The notes: generated from the letters alone by a model not told the origin. A stretch of DNA of 60,805 nucleotides, filler included, from Sphacelaria rigidula (GCA_964200075.2; 8 parts of 8 records of this genome joined end to end with filler, not necessarily neighbours in it); one strand, 5' to 3'; positions 1 through 13,544 are shown, numbered from the whole stretch's first letter. Program-made: numbers and translations.

Positions 1-523
1 ATTTTTTCCTTCTTTCTGGCAGGTCTAGGTCCCCCCCCCGGGGGGGGGGGGAGACGACATATGTAGTGGGACACATTTAGGTAGGAACCGTAAAAGAAGA
101 CAGGATAGAGGAAAAAGGGGAAAATGCAGGGCACGAACGAACGACTTGAAGTCTCAAGTTAGAAGATAAAAAGTTATGGCTCCGCGAAACAAGATGAAAA
201 AACAAGAGAAGAAGACAACAGAAAGAAAAAAAAATGAAGGAACAATATTCATGTTAACCAGAATAGATGTAGTAATGATCATAGTCATTACGGTGAACCT
301 ATCGAAAACGGACGAAAATCTTCCGTTCCACGAAAAAATATTCTCCAGAGAGCAAAACCAATCGATCATTCATCACCCCTTCCTTGACAAAACCAGCAGC
401 AGTTGACAACCTGCCGTTCAGGGCATTTAATGAGAGGGTGGGGGGGGACGGGCGTTATACTATTGCTTTCGAAAAGAGGTACGTTTTACGCGAAGTGGGT
501 CGACAAATTCCGAACCAGCTGTC

Positions 524-800
524 GAACCCTGACGCTGTGGCTATGGCTATGGCTATGGCTATGGCTATGGGTAACGCTAAGGCTAAGGCTAAGGCTAAGG
601 CTAAGGCTGACGCAAACGCAAACGCTGACGCTAACGCTAACACTAACCCTAACCCTAACACCAACACCAACCATAACACTACAATAATACTAACAGTGAA
701 AGTAACACCAACACTGAAAGTAACACTAACACTGAAAGTAAGACGAACACTGGAAGTAACACTGACACTGGAAGTAACACCAAAACCGACACCGACACTA
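524..800 (+). repeat. Mosaic hexamer microsatellite (GCTATG, GCTAAG, GCTAAC, CCTAAC, ACACTG variants)
   Basis: Successive runs of related 6-mers including telomere-like CCCTAA; explains the AM/AK/AN/NP dipeptide ORFs. Confidence 0.9.
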
Positions 801-1365
801 AGCCAAGGCATCCGCGGAACCCTCTGGCAAGGCGGGTGTATATGATGACCTCGGCAAAGTGCGTGCCGGGCAAAGATCAAATCGGCGTCTCTATGCAAGG
901 CGCCGATTCGAGCAAAAACGCCTCCTGGACACGCTGGCGGGCACCTGGGTCCGTCAGCCCCCGAAAGATCCGAATGTGATGGTCTACTATGCTCTGAAAC
1001 CGCTTAGTTCTGCTCAACCGCAGACTTTGTTGACTAGTTCGCGAAAAAATACAGTGTTGTTCAAAAAGGCACGATTCATTGCTCGATAGCAAAACAAAAG
1101 GAAAAGAAGGGTACCTACCTTACACGCTCGGGAAACGCCGTCGTCTGTTATTCTCGCTCATTTGACGGAACAAGCCATTTTGGGATTTTTGCTCAACAAA
1201 AAACAATACCAAAAGAAACCACGCTACAGGCCAGGACAACCATTCTGTGTTCGTTTTTTCTACAAATATTTTTCAAGCTGTTCCGCGTGACAGGGGTTAC
1301 CATACCTTGAAGAACAGCGCTCAAGGTCGGAAGATTCCAAGGTCAGGTCGAGTGGCGTATACTCA

Positions 1366-1692
1366 CCGGTGGCTCAGTTGGTAACCTCGAAAAATTTTGA
1401 CGGTGGAGTCGTGGGTTTAATTTCTCACACAATGCCCAGCAGTGGAGAGCGACTATAATATGTCGTGGGTACACAACATTGGACTTCACGGTCGACGAGG
1501 GAAAGGGACTGCTGAACCCCTCTCGCGATAGAAAATAAAGGCAAGCACCGCAGAAGGAAGGTGGGGTACTGAAAATCAAACAAAAAGACAAACTCGTGTG
1601 TTGACCTTTCTCCTGTGTGACCCCCGGCTGGTGCGCCCACATATACCGGAAGGTGTAGACCGGCGTCCAGAATAGATGGGACGACAACACAC
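1366..1692 (+). mobile_element. tRNA-derived SINE, copy 1
   Basis: A-box TGGCTCAGTTGG, B-box-like GGGTTTAATTTC, ~330-nt body shared with five other copies, ACACAC tail. Confidence 0.85.
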
Positions 1693-2339
1693 TCAATTGC
1701 GGGGTATTTTGAAAGACGCATTTGAGGTACTCAAATTAGGGTAGAGTGTGAGGAGTCGTATCCAAAAAATGACTGGAAAGCGATCCCTGAAACCCTATTC
1801 CCAATTTGCGTACTCGAAGTGCGACTTTATAAATACCCCGCAATTGAGTGTACTCTACTCGATCTGCCATGGAAGACTCAGATTCCAGGATTTTGATTAA
1901 CCGACCGATTGATGAGAGTGCGAAAAACATAGAGTGAGTTGTCAAAACCGGCGTTTGGTCCTCTCCGTCTTCATCTCGGACCCCATTACAGTGCTGTCAA
2001 CTGACGAGCGGAAATCACGTCATTGATTTATTCTTTTGATTGATTATCGCACTTGAACTGATACTGTACTCCAGGTTTACCAGCGGTAGTCACATGAAAT
2101 TATTATACCGAAGAGGAGGAGAAGAAAATGCGAAAATGTGACATGAACTGATCACTCTTCATCAACAAAAATGGAAAGATTGGTCCGGTTGCTATGCGTA
2201 AAAAAAGATACCTTGAGGAACAGAGCCAGAGGCCGAAACGCTCCTGGATACTTCCGCGCGAACACGGCGGGTGCGGGTTGCGCTGCAGGGTCTTCCCACC
2301 ACTCCTCGTGTCCCGAGCCTGCCCAAGCTACGTCGCATT

Positions 2340-3090
2340 CTACTCCGACGCGCGAGTCGAGAAGGGTAACGATTGGTACCTGGATAATGGTCAAATGTAT
2401 CGATATGCACAGGACAAGGAGAAGGTATGATGCAATTTTAGTGTGTATCCATATTGTCGATTCATCACACTGAATTCTCGTGTCGAATCTACCGTATCGC
2501 ATCGTATCGGCAAGTGGCCCTAGTATCGCCAATTCGCTGTTATCGGCTACAAGGATACGATACGTAACCCATAAGATATATAAATATTCGTAGTTGGTAC
2601 CGATATTGCTGGTTTGCCGTTACCAGATGTATACATACAATACATACGCCGTACGAATAATCGAATCGCATCGGCAGTTGGTACCGATATCGCCAATTTG
2701 CTGTCACCGGCTAGAGAAACATGCCACATAGCCGACACAATGAATCGTGCCGCATCGGAAATCATCATCAATATCGTGAGGTCGCTGCAACCGGCTATAA
2801 GCATACGATATGTGACCGTCGCCAATAGTCGTATCGCGTCGGCTATAAGCATACGATACGTGGCCATCACCAATTCTCGTATCGCGTCGTATCCGCAAGT
2901 AGCACTGATATCGCTACTTCACCACCATCACCTACACAAGGACCATACATGAACACACAACATAAACCGCGTCGCAACGAAATTCGTTATCGATATCGCC
3001 GATTTTCCGTTACCGGCTATAAACAAACGATACGCGAACGTCATGAATGGTGGTACCGTATCGGCAAGTGGGTGGGACCGATACCGTCAG
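2340..3090. repeat. Degenerate repeat array (GTATCGCATCGG / CCGATATCGCC / ATACGATACG motifs), probably the body of a non-autonomous element
   Basis: Many imperfect copies of the same 10-45 nt motifs. Confidence 0.6.
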
Positions 3091-3490
3091 ACTGCCTTCA
3101 CCTACAAATATACAAGGACATTGGTGAGGGACACGCGCCACAGTTAACGCTCGATTCAGTGCACCTGCACACTAAAACACACATGTACCGCAGAAATATC
3201 GATTTTTGTAGCCAAGAAGCATACCTCACCATTTCTCGTTTCACTCACATCGTGCCGACTAATTTTCCCGACAGAATACACTGTTCTGGACGATGGTCTA
3301 GAACGCCATCCCGGGGACGGTGTATATCTCATTTTGTCCTGTTCTGTTATGCAGAGCGTGCGCAAAGTTCCCGCACAAGAGATCTTTTTCGTCATCCGGT
3401 ACAAAAGCTGAACGCCCAAAAGAAGCCCGCTTTCGTCACTTTTAAGTTGGGTCCGATGAAGGTTGGTCGAAGGCGCAAGAACCAAATACC

Positions 3491-3807
3491 GAGGGTACGG
3501 TTATCTGGATACCCGGGGTATTTGTTCGGGTATTACCCGTACCCGACAGTTCTGTGAGTTCTGTAAGCTCCTCATACCGGGATCCGCTCTGGACTCCCAG
3601 AGTATTTTCACTACTCCAGTGTACGGTTATCTCATGCAATGGTGGGAGTAAGTTGAGGTATTTTTTCTATACTACGCACGAGTTCACGTATTCAACGGGG
3701 ATACCAGGTACTACTGAGGAGGAAAACGGGTTGACTGACTCCTGAGTATCAAACCCACTTGATTCGCGCTGACCAGTTCACGTCGTAGCTTAATATGCTG
3801 TACCCTC
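3491..3807 (+). mobile_element. Non-autonomous DNA element of the TACCCGACAGTTCTGTGAG family
   Basis: Termini GAGGGTAC...GTACCCTC; the left end is homologous to 13551-13625 and 14751-14860. Confidence 0.55.
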
Positions 3808-4061
3808 TTTGTTGCTGTATGTGCCTACTACTCTCTACGGCGATCAGACCGCACCATGTTTAACTTGTACCCCCTTCATTTGTTGTCATATTCCACAAGG
3901 TGCATACAGTAGCACAACAATTCACGTAAACAGATACATACATAGAGAGAGAGAGAGAAATACTTGGAGTTGTGCGTGCGCACTCATGTATACGTCACAC
4001 AAAAATGTAAAATACGTATTCCGGAGTATGAATCAAAGCCGCTTCTTATGGCAAACGAAAA

Positions 4062-4477
4062 AGAAGTCCCGTAAAAGCGCCCTTTTGGTCCTTCTTCGTC
4101 GGTTCATGACTTCACGAGAGCTAGGCGGACTCTGGCACCTGGTAATGACTTGCTCTACTCGTTGATACAGTTCTACGACATCTTCGCGTTGTCCGATGGC
4201 CGCAGTTTTTATTTTGACCAAACGAACATTCTCGTCCAGAGAAGGTCAACTTCAGAGAAACATGGCAGCTTTTTCTGGATTTGATCGTTCTTGACCCTTC
4301 TTGGACAAAAATGCAAGCTGGACAAAAAAACATGGTGGCCACCGGAAAACACGACGATATTCCAGAACCATCTCAACGAGTAGTGCAAGTTATTCCAAGG
4401 TGTCAAACTCCGCCCAGCTCTCCTTCAGGGCGTGAAACGACGAAGAAGGGCCAAAAAAGCATTTTTACAGGGCTTTT
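4062..4477. mobile_element. Foldback MITE family A, copy 1
   Basis: About 100-nt imperfect terminal inverted repeats (GAGAGCTAGGCGGA / TCCGCCCAGCTCTC); homologous to 13114-13537. Confidence 0.75.
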
Positions 4478-4907
4478 GTTTTTTTTTGCTTCGAGGAGCG
4501 GATGAAGAGAATGATAGCTACGACATCGCATCTTGCACCGCATGGTGCCAAGTATTGCACACTAAATCGAAGGACCCCCCTTTCTCACCTTTGCCCTCTT
4601 TCGAAACTCGAGTTGCTTGACCCAGTACACTTTCCTCGCCAAGCGAGCTGTCACGTGCCGAATAAGAAACGACACAAGAGCGAAAGTAAAAATAAAAAAA
4701 ACATGAAATTCACAACACAAACATGAAAAAAAATAGAACGTGAACATGGATAACAATAGATGGCGTCAATGATACTGAAATAACAAACATAAAATAAATG
4801 ATATAAATGACAACAACAACAACAAAAAACAAGCCAAAATAACCAAACCATGCACGACAACATGATAGCAGCAGAAGTAACAACGAATACCGCAAGGTAA
4901 TGATCGA

Positions 4908-5270
4908 CCAGTCGCCCAGGTGGCTCATTTGGTGACCTCGAAAGCTTCTGACGGTTGGGTCGTGGGTTCAATTCTCGAAGCGATATGGGATTTTTTCTCG
5001 CACCATGCCCAAAAGTGGTGAGCGACCATGTCGTGGGTACACAAAATTCGACTCAACGGTCGACGACGGAAAGGGACTGCTAAACCCCCCCTCTTGCGAT
5101 AAAAAAAATAAAGGCAAGCACCGCAGAAGGAAGGTGGGGGCACTGAATGCAATTAAAAAAAAAAAAAAGCTCATGTGTTGACCTTCCTCGTGTCTGACCC
5201 CGGCTGATGCGCCCACATGTACCGAAAGATGTAGACCGTCGCCCAGAATATAGGGGACAAAAACACACAC
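4908..5270 (+). mobile_element. tRNA-derived SINE, copy 2
   Basis: TGGCTCATTTGG A-box, GGTTCAATTC B-box, shared body. Confidence 0.85.
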
Positions 5271-5779
5271 AAAATGATCAAGCATCGGGTGAGGAATGGC
5301 ATATTTTGACACTATGAGCTCATTTTCCCGGATGATTGGGAAGGACGAGAGGCGCGCGCAGGACGGGGGGTGTACTCATGATCTTGCATGCCGTAGCTAT
5401 AACGCTATAACTGGACCCGGATCGTCGGATAAATATTCCTGCCAGATAGCATTTGGGCTTTGTGCCCCAAAGCACCCGAGTTTCCTTCGTCGAAAGCGTA
5501 GGGACTACTGTAGGGAGGCGCGTGAGTACCAGAACGAGTACTTTCCGAGAGTCGACTCGGTTCGAGAGTGCGAACGGTCATGATCCAGTCCGTGACGTCA
5601 CCGAATTAGAAGGCGTGTACCGAGGGGGAGCGGGAGAGTGGGGGGTACTCATGATCTTGCGTGCTATAGTTATAAGACCATCGGCCTCGCATCCCTACAA
5701 AGCCGGGACGGAGCACGCCGGGTTTTCGCCGAACCAGGCTCGCAATCAAATCACCAAGCGCGAAGCGCCGTAGCGTTTT

Positions 5780-5957
5780 CGGCGAGTCGCATGAAGAGGT
5801 GAGCTGGATCCAGCTGAGATTATTCGGCTCGAAGCCTACTGATTATCTTGCATTCAGACGACAGCCTCCAATGAGCTGCTATATTTTCTGGTATCGCCAC
5901 TTCCAGAGACAGCCACGGCTTATACACTGCGTCATGGGTGTCTCACCGTTTGACACA
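5780..5957. repeat. Dispersed repeat, also at 23506-23682 and 45681-45740
   Basis: Shared GGCGAGTCGCATGAAG...CGCCACTTCCAGAGACAGCCACG on three different contigs. Confidence 0.8.
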
Positions 5958-6756
5958 GCGTGTACTGTACCGGGGGAGAGATGGGTTGATCGATCCCTTG
6001 AGACCATTAGATGACGGACTCTTCCCGAGGAAGGGAATATGTTGACAATGTGCCAAAGAAAAAGCAAACTGCAGATCGCCACTAGTGCAGAGACGCATTA
6101 CATGTGGAATTCTGTCGCCCAACGGCAGTCAGCTACGAGGACTTCTTCTCTGATGGGCTGGTGGATTTCAGCAACTGTATCATTATCATTTTTTTTCAGT
6201 TATCGCTTTGAACCCCTGCCCTTTCCCGCAACGAGTCCATGGTCTCAAGGGATCCACCCATCTCTCCCTCGGTACACGCCTTGCATTTTGATCTCGCGGA
6301 TTGGGTCAGCACTCCCGCATCGCGTCAACTAACGTCAAACAAACTCAGCCGGCTACTATGTTCACTAACGTTCTCGCGCTTCCCACGGTGGAAATCAAAT
6401 TCTACGAAGAAAAAAACCAACGCATCGGGAATCTAGCACTCGTTTTCTCCATCCTAATGGCGACAGTCGGACCATTACACCACCTGGGCGCGGCGGCACA
6501 TGTATGTTATTCGTACGTTCACCCTACGAGTACCTGCTCACTATACCGGAGAGCAGTATTCTAGCATCTCCTCCCATGGTGAAAATCAACCTCATTACAT
6601 CGAAATGGAACACTCACGGAGTCCAACAATCATACCCGCACACCTGCGATTCATCAGCCAGTGGTGAACATGCATACTATACCTTGTCCCGACTGCATTC
6701 GTATGCCAAAAACTAGGTAACAACAGTGGCCAGGGTCTACAACCCCCCACCAGAGG

Positions 6757-6844
6757 AGGAAGGAACGGTGCTCCGTCTCGAAAGGGATGCGTAGTCGATG
6801 GTCAAACGACTAAGGCAAGCAACAAATGAGTACGCTCCCCCCCA
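6757..6844 (+). mobile_element. Probable LINE 3'-end fragment (CCGTCTCGAAAGGGATGCG family)
   Basis: Same sequence at 33392-33470, 33880-34150 and, reversed, 37908-37967; the copies share the 3' end and vary 5'. Confidence 0.65.
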
Positions 6845-6899
6845 CCAGAGAAATGATGCATTTCATCCATGATTACCCTGGAACCTCCACATTTCCAAC

Positions 6900-7443
6900 G
6901 CGGGTCTGAATAGAAGGACTGATGCGATAGTTAGAAACAAAAGATCCAACCCACCGACCCACCCACCTCCTCACCGATCTTTCCCAGACAATAACCCGCT
7001 CGATCCACGGCCGCTGTCCTCCCACGCTTGTAACTCTGATTCTGGCTCAACGTTCCACTTCGTCCTGATCCAGACCCGCTGCCGCCGCCAGCGTTTCCTG
7101 ACGTCAGGTGGACTTGAAGCTGACCGCCAGCTACGGAGACAACCTTCCACGCGCAGGATACACGGGACCGAGAGTTGCAACACGTGAGTTTTTTTTTCCC
7201 GTTTTGGCCTCTCGGACGAGAATCTTACATATACAGCAAATACCACGCAGTGTTGTCGTCCCATGGTGGTGTTTTATGCTCTTATCGCTGCCCCCTTTCT
7301 TTCCTTTCTGAGGCCGTTGCTTCTGTCGTTTTCTGTTCCTTCCTTCATTTTGTCATTGTTATTAGTATGTTCTATTTTTGCTGCTTCTGACCACGGGCTG
7401 GATTGTTGCAATCGGCTAATGTGAGATAATCAATCAATCAATC
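6900..7443 (+). mobile_element. Probable non-LTR retroposon 3' remnant with (ATCA)n tail
   Basis: Pyrimidine-rich 3' region ending TAATCAATCAATCAATC. Confidence 0.45.
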
Positions 7444-7447
7444 TATT

Positions 7448-7514
7448 CATCTATTCTGGACGCCGGGCTAGACCTTTCGGTGTATGTGGGCGCACCAGCC
7501 GGGGTCACACGGGA
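7448..7514 (-). mobile_element. tRNA-derived SINE, 3' part cut by the contig end
   Basis: TATTCTGGACGCCGG...GGGCGCACCAGCCGGGGTCACAC is the reverse complement of the SINE 3' end. Confidence 0.8.
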
Positions 7515-7614
7515 NNNNNNNNNNNNNNNNNNNNNNNNNNNNNNNNNNNNNNNNNNNNTTAATTAATTAANNNNNNNNNNNNNNNNNNNNNNNNNNNNNN
7601 NNNNNNNNNNNNNN
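7515..7614. other. Artificial contig linker (N44-TTAATTAATTAA-N44)
   Basis: Exactly 100 nt with a six-frame stop 12-mer; the identical structure recurs about every 7613 nt. Confidence 0.99.
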
Positions 7615-7644
7615 GGGGGCGGGGCGGGGGGGGGGGGGGGGGGG

Positions 7645-7679
<35 letters not shown>

Positions 7680-8214
7680 CTGGAAAGGGGGATGAAACGG
7701 CTGGAAATGTCACTGGTAACGAAGAGACATGCAGGTTTCGTTGCAAGCACTGGTGAAGAGTAAGTCACTGGTGCCGGGGAAATAGGGTGCGTTATGTTTT
7801 CATGAGGGAAAAGTCAAACGGCTCGGCACGTCACTGGTATCGGAGGTTCCGCACGGGAAATTCCCAGGAGGAGAAAGAAGTGGAGAGTGCCATGGAAACA
7901 CAGGCTACGTTAATTCCGAGTGGGGAAACGTGAGATTATGGTGGCTAGGGAAGCCACTGGTCCCAGAGTAAATTCCGCGGAGAAAGGGGCAAATTACGCG
8001 ACGGTAAAGGGGAGAGTGCGGATACAGGGCAAATTACCGAAAAAAGGCGGGAAAGCAGAAACGGAAAAATGAAATACTGGCCACTAGTGCGTCCGAGTGC
8101 GGAGAGATGCTGCGCTGTCAGGCATCGTCACTGTTGCATCTGCGTGCTGGAATTCCGAATGCGGAGAAACCTAGTGTTTAAGAGTAATATACATAATGCT
8201 TTTTTTACCCTTAA

Positions 8215-8311
8215 CCCTTAGACCGCGAGGTTAGCTTCTGTTGAATCGGCATCAATTTCAAGTGAAAAGAAGTATGCATGATCCAGAAAGACCAATCTCG
8301 TGGTCTAAGGG
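8215..8311. mobile_element. 97-bp piggyBac-like MITE
   Basis: TTAA|CCCTTAGACCGCGAG ... CTCGTGGTCTAAGGG|TCAA: CCC/GGG termini, 15-nt TIR, TTAA-like target site. Confidence 0.65.
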
Positions 8312-8909
8312 TCAAGCTACCCTGTTGTTTTTTACTTTCTCTTCTTCTCAGTCTACTCCGTTGTTATAATCTTTCTACCCTCTCTGTTTCTTCACTTTTC
8401 TTCAGCGAGTGTTTCAGTTTGGTTTTCTCCCGGATACGTCCATCATGTGGATCATGACTACCTAGGGGTCAGTAAAAGTGCGACACACCACACATATGAG
8501 ATCGATCTTATTTTTCCAAGACGTGCCCTTATCGAGACAAGACAAGAAGTAAAAACAAAACTGAGACAAAGGTTATTTGCCCACAACGACCACCAGTGCG
8601 AGTCCTAACGAGGGAATACCATTCTGATTTTTCTGGGAGAGCGGTTTATTTTTCGGCATTGGACGCAGTCTCTTAAACCTTTTGGAACCGGGCCTCCAGA
8701 ACGACCAATAAGGCTGGTCAGGAATGATGTGTCTGGCGTCTGCACAAAACAGTGGCGTGTTGCTGAAAATTCGCGTATGTAACCGCAGGGTTATGACAAC
8801 GACCAGAAGGTCCATTAGATGGTGTACATCCAATGTAGCAAGCAGTATGGGTCGTGGGAAAGAGCTTCCAGCAGGATGCGACGACCGGCGGGCCGCCTGC
8901 CGCTTGTGG

Positions 8910-8963
8910 CTTTGGTTGATACTTTTGTCCCGATCACTTTGGTTGATACTTTTGTCCCAATCA
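8910..8963 (+). repeat. 27-bp tandem duplication
   Basis: CTTTGGTTGATACTTTTGTCCCRATCA x2. Confidence 0.85.
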
Positions 8964-10345
8964 CCTTCCCACACAGCCCTTTCTGGTCGGGGTGGGCCGC
9001 CATTTCCCACCTTGTTGCATGCAGCAACTTCTCTTCAAACGGTATTGGCGTTGCGGCGCGCATGCATACAACAGTATAGTACAGTACAGTGCAGCACGCC
9101 TCTCCGACTGAAGCAGCAGCTGCCGCTGCNNNNNNNNNNACCGAAATCAGCCGCCTATATACAGCTTTGTCATCCCCGTCCACAACATACATGTAGACTG
9201 CACACTGCAAGTCATCCGCAGAGGGATACGCAGAATTCATGACGGTAGCTCCTTTTGTCTTCCCACAGCCCACCTGGATTTTGTGCCTCGTGAAAATGAC
9301 CGCATGATGCCATGTACATTCCTTCCCGGTTTTTTCCGGCCCACCCTGTGTTAGCGTCAATTACTACGTTTTAGTATGAAATTGGGACCCAGAAAACACT
9401 CCGGAAAAACTCGGGAATGGTATACTGAGTGCAAGTAATACCGTAAAACCACGCCGCGACCATCCTGCACTTGGAAACCTGAAGAGGCTTATCTGGGCCA
9501 GGGATAGGGCCCCCGCACAATCTTTGCAGTCGCACCACGCTCTACAACAATCCCTGCGCTGGTCGTTCGGGTCTTATCGATAATTTTGGCCTCGCCGTGA
9601 TTGGGCAGGTCGCTCAAAGACTTATTTTCAATTATTTCACTACCACAGGGTCAACCCTGCGTTAGTAGGGGTCCGGTCCCAAAAGGGTCAACATATCTGC
9701 AAATCTCAATAGGCACCACAACGGGCGAAGCTGAAACACGTGTCTAAGACACATCATCACACCCACACAACCAAGCCCGAACAAACATGCACAGGCACCC
9801 TCAGCAAAAGCCCATCACGCGCAGCGCCAGCTCTTGCTCGTCTGCACACAGTGATGTTTGTTTTACGGCAATCCGCTCAGTTTGAGGAGACGTTGTGTGT
9901 GTGCCAAAAGATTACTCATGATGGAGCCGTTGACCGACCGCGTGTGGACATGTTGTACGTCCGTCTGGCATAGATCATTGTGTATCATTTGGTTTTGAAC
10001 CGATTTGCCCCGAGCCAAGAACGCCGTACTCCGTTGATCAACAGCTACGGCTCGAGCTATGCGTTGTCAACCACAGCATGGGTCGCCACTGTTGTTCATT
10101 ATCATTCTTCATTCCCCTTCAAGCAAAAAGGTCTTGGAGAACAGCCCACATTTTAAAATGATACGTACTTGAAAAAACAGCTCGCGAGCAAAGTAAGATC
10201 CCGTCGCTCTTCTTGTGTGGATGATTGATATCCCGACGATCAAATAACATGCTTCCTTTGGACGCTTCTTTTCGCGAGCTTCTTTTTTTTTGTCTCGGCG
10301 AGACACCGCCTGAGGCCTGTCGTTACTGATGTATTACCGCTGTGT

Positions 10346-10405
10346 CACTGTACTGTACGGTACTGTACTGTTCTGTACTGTACTGTACTGTGATGTACTG
10401 AACTG
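10346..10405 (+). repeat. (TACTG)n pentamer microsatellite
   Basis: Direct reading. Confidence 0.85.
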
Positions 10406-12141
10406 TGTGCTGCTGCTATTGTGCTCTGCTGTCACAGGTGTGCTTTTAATCGTGTACGCTGCAAACCAACCAAATGCAGTACAACACAGAATATCGCAGG
10501 TGACTGCTCAGATTCTAACTTGGTTAGGCCCGTGTGCTTGGTCATATACGAGTCGCAATTCGCGTTGCATTTTACATGAAACAACCGAAGAAAAGCAATC
10601 AACACAGGAGGGTTGTTTCATGTTTTTTTCATAGGACTGTGAACTGGACCACTTAACATCGTCCAACCGCAACTGAAATTGAACTGGAACTGGCGACGAG
10701 GGCGCCAGTTATCCAGTTTATTCGAGTATTGTACGAGTAGTTACCGACTGTATAATAGTTTGCACCAATTTCAATATGATAATCGTATAGCAAAGACGCA
10801 CACAAACATACGCAGTTTTCCTGTACAGTTGAACTCTGCACTCCACAGCAGTAAAAGTAGAAAGAACTTTTCAACACCTCATCCCATCACAGCCCTAGTT
10901 GTTCGTCTTTCGACCATATCGTGAGGTCGACGGCTGATCAATCGAGTGTGGAAAAAAGAAAAGGGGGGAAAAGAAACAGCAGCGTGACCTATATACGGTG
11001 GGAAGCTTCGTACGGAAATGCCAAACGCCAACCTCAATCGCCAATTGCCAAGTGGATGGTGAAAAGCGTTCTGAACATGATGCTGCACACTCCTACCACA
11101 CCTCGAAGTGATGAGCGGATACACGCCAAGGTTTGCCGTTTAATTGAACGACGTGCGAAAACAGGAACAACAAACGGTAACCCGTCGTCACAAGGTACAT
11201 AATTCACCATGGCTTACCAGTCAACCTCATGCGTGTTTTCGGTCTGGATGTGGAGAAATCTGTGCTCTTATCCCCACGTGCTGCCAGCCTTGGATCACTT
11301 GCTCCCATCCCCCACTCCCCATGGAGAGTCTCTGCTGCCGCATACTACAGCCGATTAACTGGAAAAACGTGGACTAACTGTCCGCACCAGCGGTCAGTTT
11401 AAACGTAACTGACCAGCGCCGCCATTTCACAGCCTTATATTTCATGATAGGAGAAATTGGCGAATGTGGCGGTACACTGACACCAGGCAATTGCTGATTT
11501 TCTGGTACATTTTCGATGGTGTTCAACACATTTACTGAACAGAACAAGTGCTCACTTTGTGCAAATTAGCGGTACCGTTGTGCAGCTGGGGAATGTCAGG
11601 AACACGGCGTTCCACCAAAATATTTGGATTTAGACCAGTGCATTGATAAATCGAGGATGCCAGCGTGGCAGTTTTCTCCAGTTTTCACTGGGCAGCTTAG
11701 TAGGTGGGCTGTACTTTTGGTCAGGGAGAACACGACCGAAAAATGCAAGTGCCAAGTCTCCCGGTAAAAGTTGATTTCTCTACAACCAACAGGCCACGTT
11801 ATCACGATGTTACGAGCTCCGAACCTAAGCAACATATTATGCTCGTGCTGCGTTGTTTCTTCTGGGTATTATGCGGTAGGTTGCCTGGAGGGAAAACGAA
11901 CAACAGCATACACATGTTTTGAACACGATATGCTCGGGCAGCATATCAGTACGCACATGAATTCCCAGGCTTCCATGTCATAGCCCCAAGCCTCGCCCTT
12001 GCCAAGCTGCCAACGCCATGCCTGGTTCGACGATGATTCATTCAGTATTTCAGGAGCCACGACAGTTTTGGTGCGCTACTTGGGAGGACGAAATTGCTGC
12101 TCTTTTCAACAATTTTACTGATTGTACTGAAATGTACTATG

Positions 12142-12499
12142 GGTCGCCCCGCCCCGGTGGCTCAGTTGGTAACCTCGAAACCCCCTCGCGGTTGGGTTGA
12201 GGGTTCAATCTCGGAGCGATCTGAGATTTTTTCTCACACAGTGCCCAACAGTGAAGAGCGATTATATCGTGGGTACACAAAATTCGGATGAATGGTCTAC
12301 GAGGGAAAGGGACTGCTGGATCCCTCTCGCGATAAAAATAAAGGCAAGCACCGCAGAAGGAAGGTGTATTACAGTACTAAAAACAAAAAAACAAAAAACT
12401 ATTGTGTTGGCCTTCCTCCTGTGTGACCCCGGCTGGTGCGCCCACATATACCGAAAGGTGCACATCGGCGTCCAGAATAAATGGGACGACAAGACACAC
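12142..12499 (+). mobile_element. tRNA-derived SINE, copy 4
   Basis: GCCCCGGTGGCTCAGTTGG A-box, GGGTTCAATCTC B-box, shared body. Confidence 0.85.
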
Positions 12500-13113
12500 T
12501 CTGACCTGAACTGCCGCAATAGAATATTGCTACGAATTGGTGTCAATGGATAGTTGGGTTCGATAGCACAAACTGGGGTACGCCAGCAGTAGTTTGTCCG
12601 AAATCGCTGCCTCCTCGCCGATGGGTAGAGAGAAGGATGGTCTGCGGTGTGGCGGCTCCATCACTTTGGATTGTGTTTTGGTCAACACACAGACCTAGAA
12701 ACGTGGATTTCTCCGGGGAAAAAACAACCGGAACGGAAGTTCTTTGTTTCTCCTCACTAGAAGAGAAAAGAAGAGCGGCTTCTTGAACGGGACAGCAACA
12801 CGCATATGTCCCTTGCAATTTGTTCGCCATTTCCTCTCTCCACAACGTGTGGCAAACTGTTATGCATCGCACGCACACATCTGTAATCCTGAGTCATTCT
12901 GACAACTGGTGCGTCCTTGCGTTTCTTGTACGTGTTCATCGCGTGAATTGCAGTTGCCGCATTCTTAGCAATGAATTCTGCTGCGTGCCGTGTAGTTTCG
13001 TGCAAATTTATTTCACGCAGTGTACTTTGGTTTCAGAACCTTCACTCATGTGGGCGCATGTGTTTTTTTACTCGAAATCGAATGGATAAGGCCAACTCTA
13101 ATGGGAGCCGTTC

Positions 13114-13537
13114 GAAATCCTGTCGAAAACTACCTTTTGGGTCCTTCTCTGTCGCTTTACGCCCGAGAGAGAGCTAGGCGGATGTAGACACCTCGGAATG
13201 CTTTGCTCTCCTTGTTGAGGCCGCTCCAGGGCAACTTCGCGTTTCCTGCTGGCCGCAGTTATATTTTGGACCGAACTGGCATTTTCCGTACTAGCGGTCA
13301 GGTGATAAAAATACTAGAAGAGCTTCCCCTTTTGTTTTCATCACTTGACTGTTTGTTAATGAATATGCCAGTTAGGCCAAAAAAAAAATTGCGGCCCGTG
13401 GGGAACGCAAAGTTGCCGTGATATGGTCTTCACGAGTAGAACAAGTCATTTCAACGCGTCACCATCCCGCCTAGCTCTCTTTTCGGGCGTAAAACGACGG
13501 AGAAGGGCCCAAAAGGCAATTTTTGACAGGATTTTTC
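13114..13537. mobile_element. Foldback MITE family A, copy 2
   Basis: About 170-nt imperfect inverted arms (AAATCCTGTCGAAAA ... TTTTTGACAGGATTT). Confidence 0.8.
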
Positions 13538-13544
13538 AAGATTG

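Noticed and set aside
384..898. Dipeptide-repeat ORFs on both strands
   Set aside because: Products of stop-free hexamer repeats
1366..1430. SINE heads as tRNA genes
   Set aside because: No acceptor stem and only a partial cloverleaf; always fused to the same downstream body
7615..7678. Long G run as a G-quadruplex element (also C runs at 38122-38170 and 38485-38518)
   Set aside because: At or near contig ends where homopolymers are unreliable; cannot be supported
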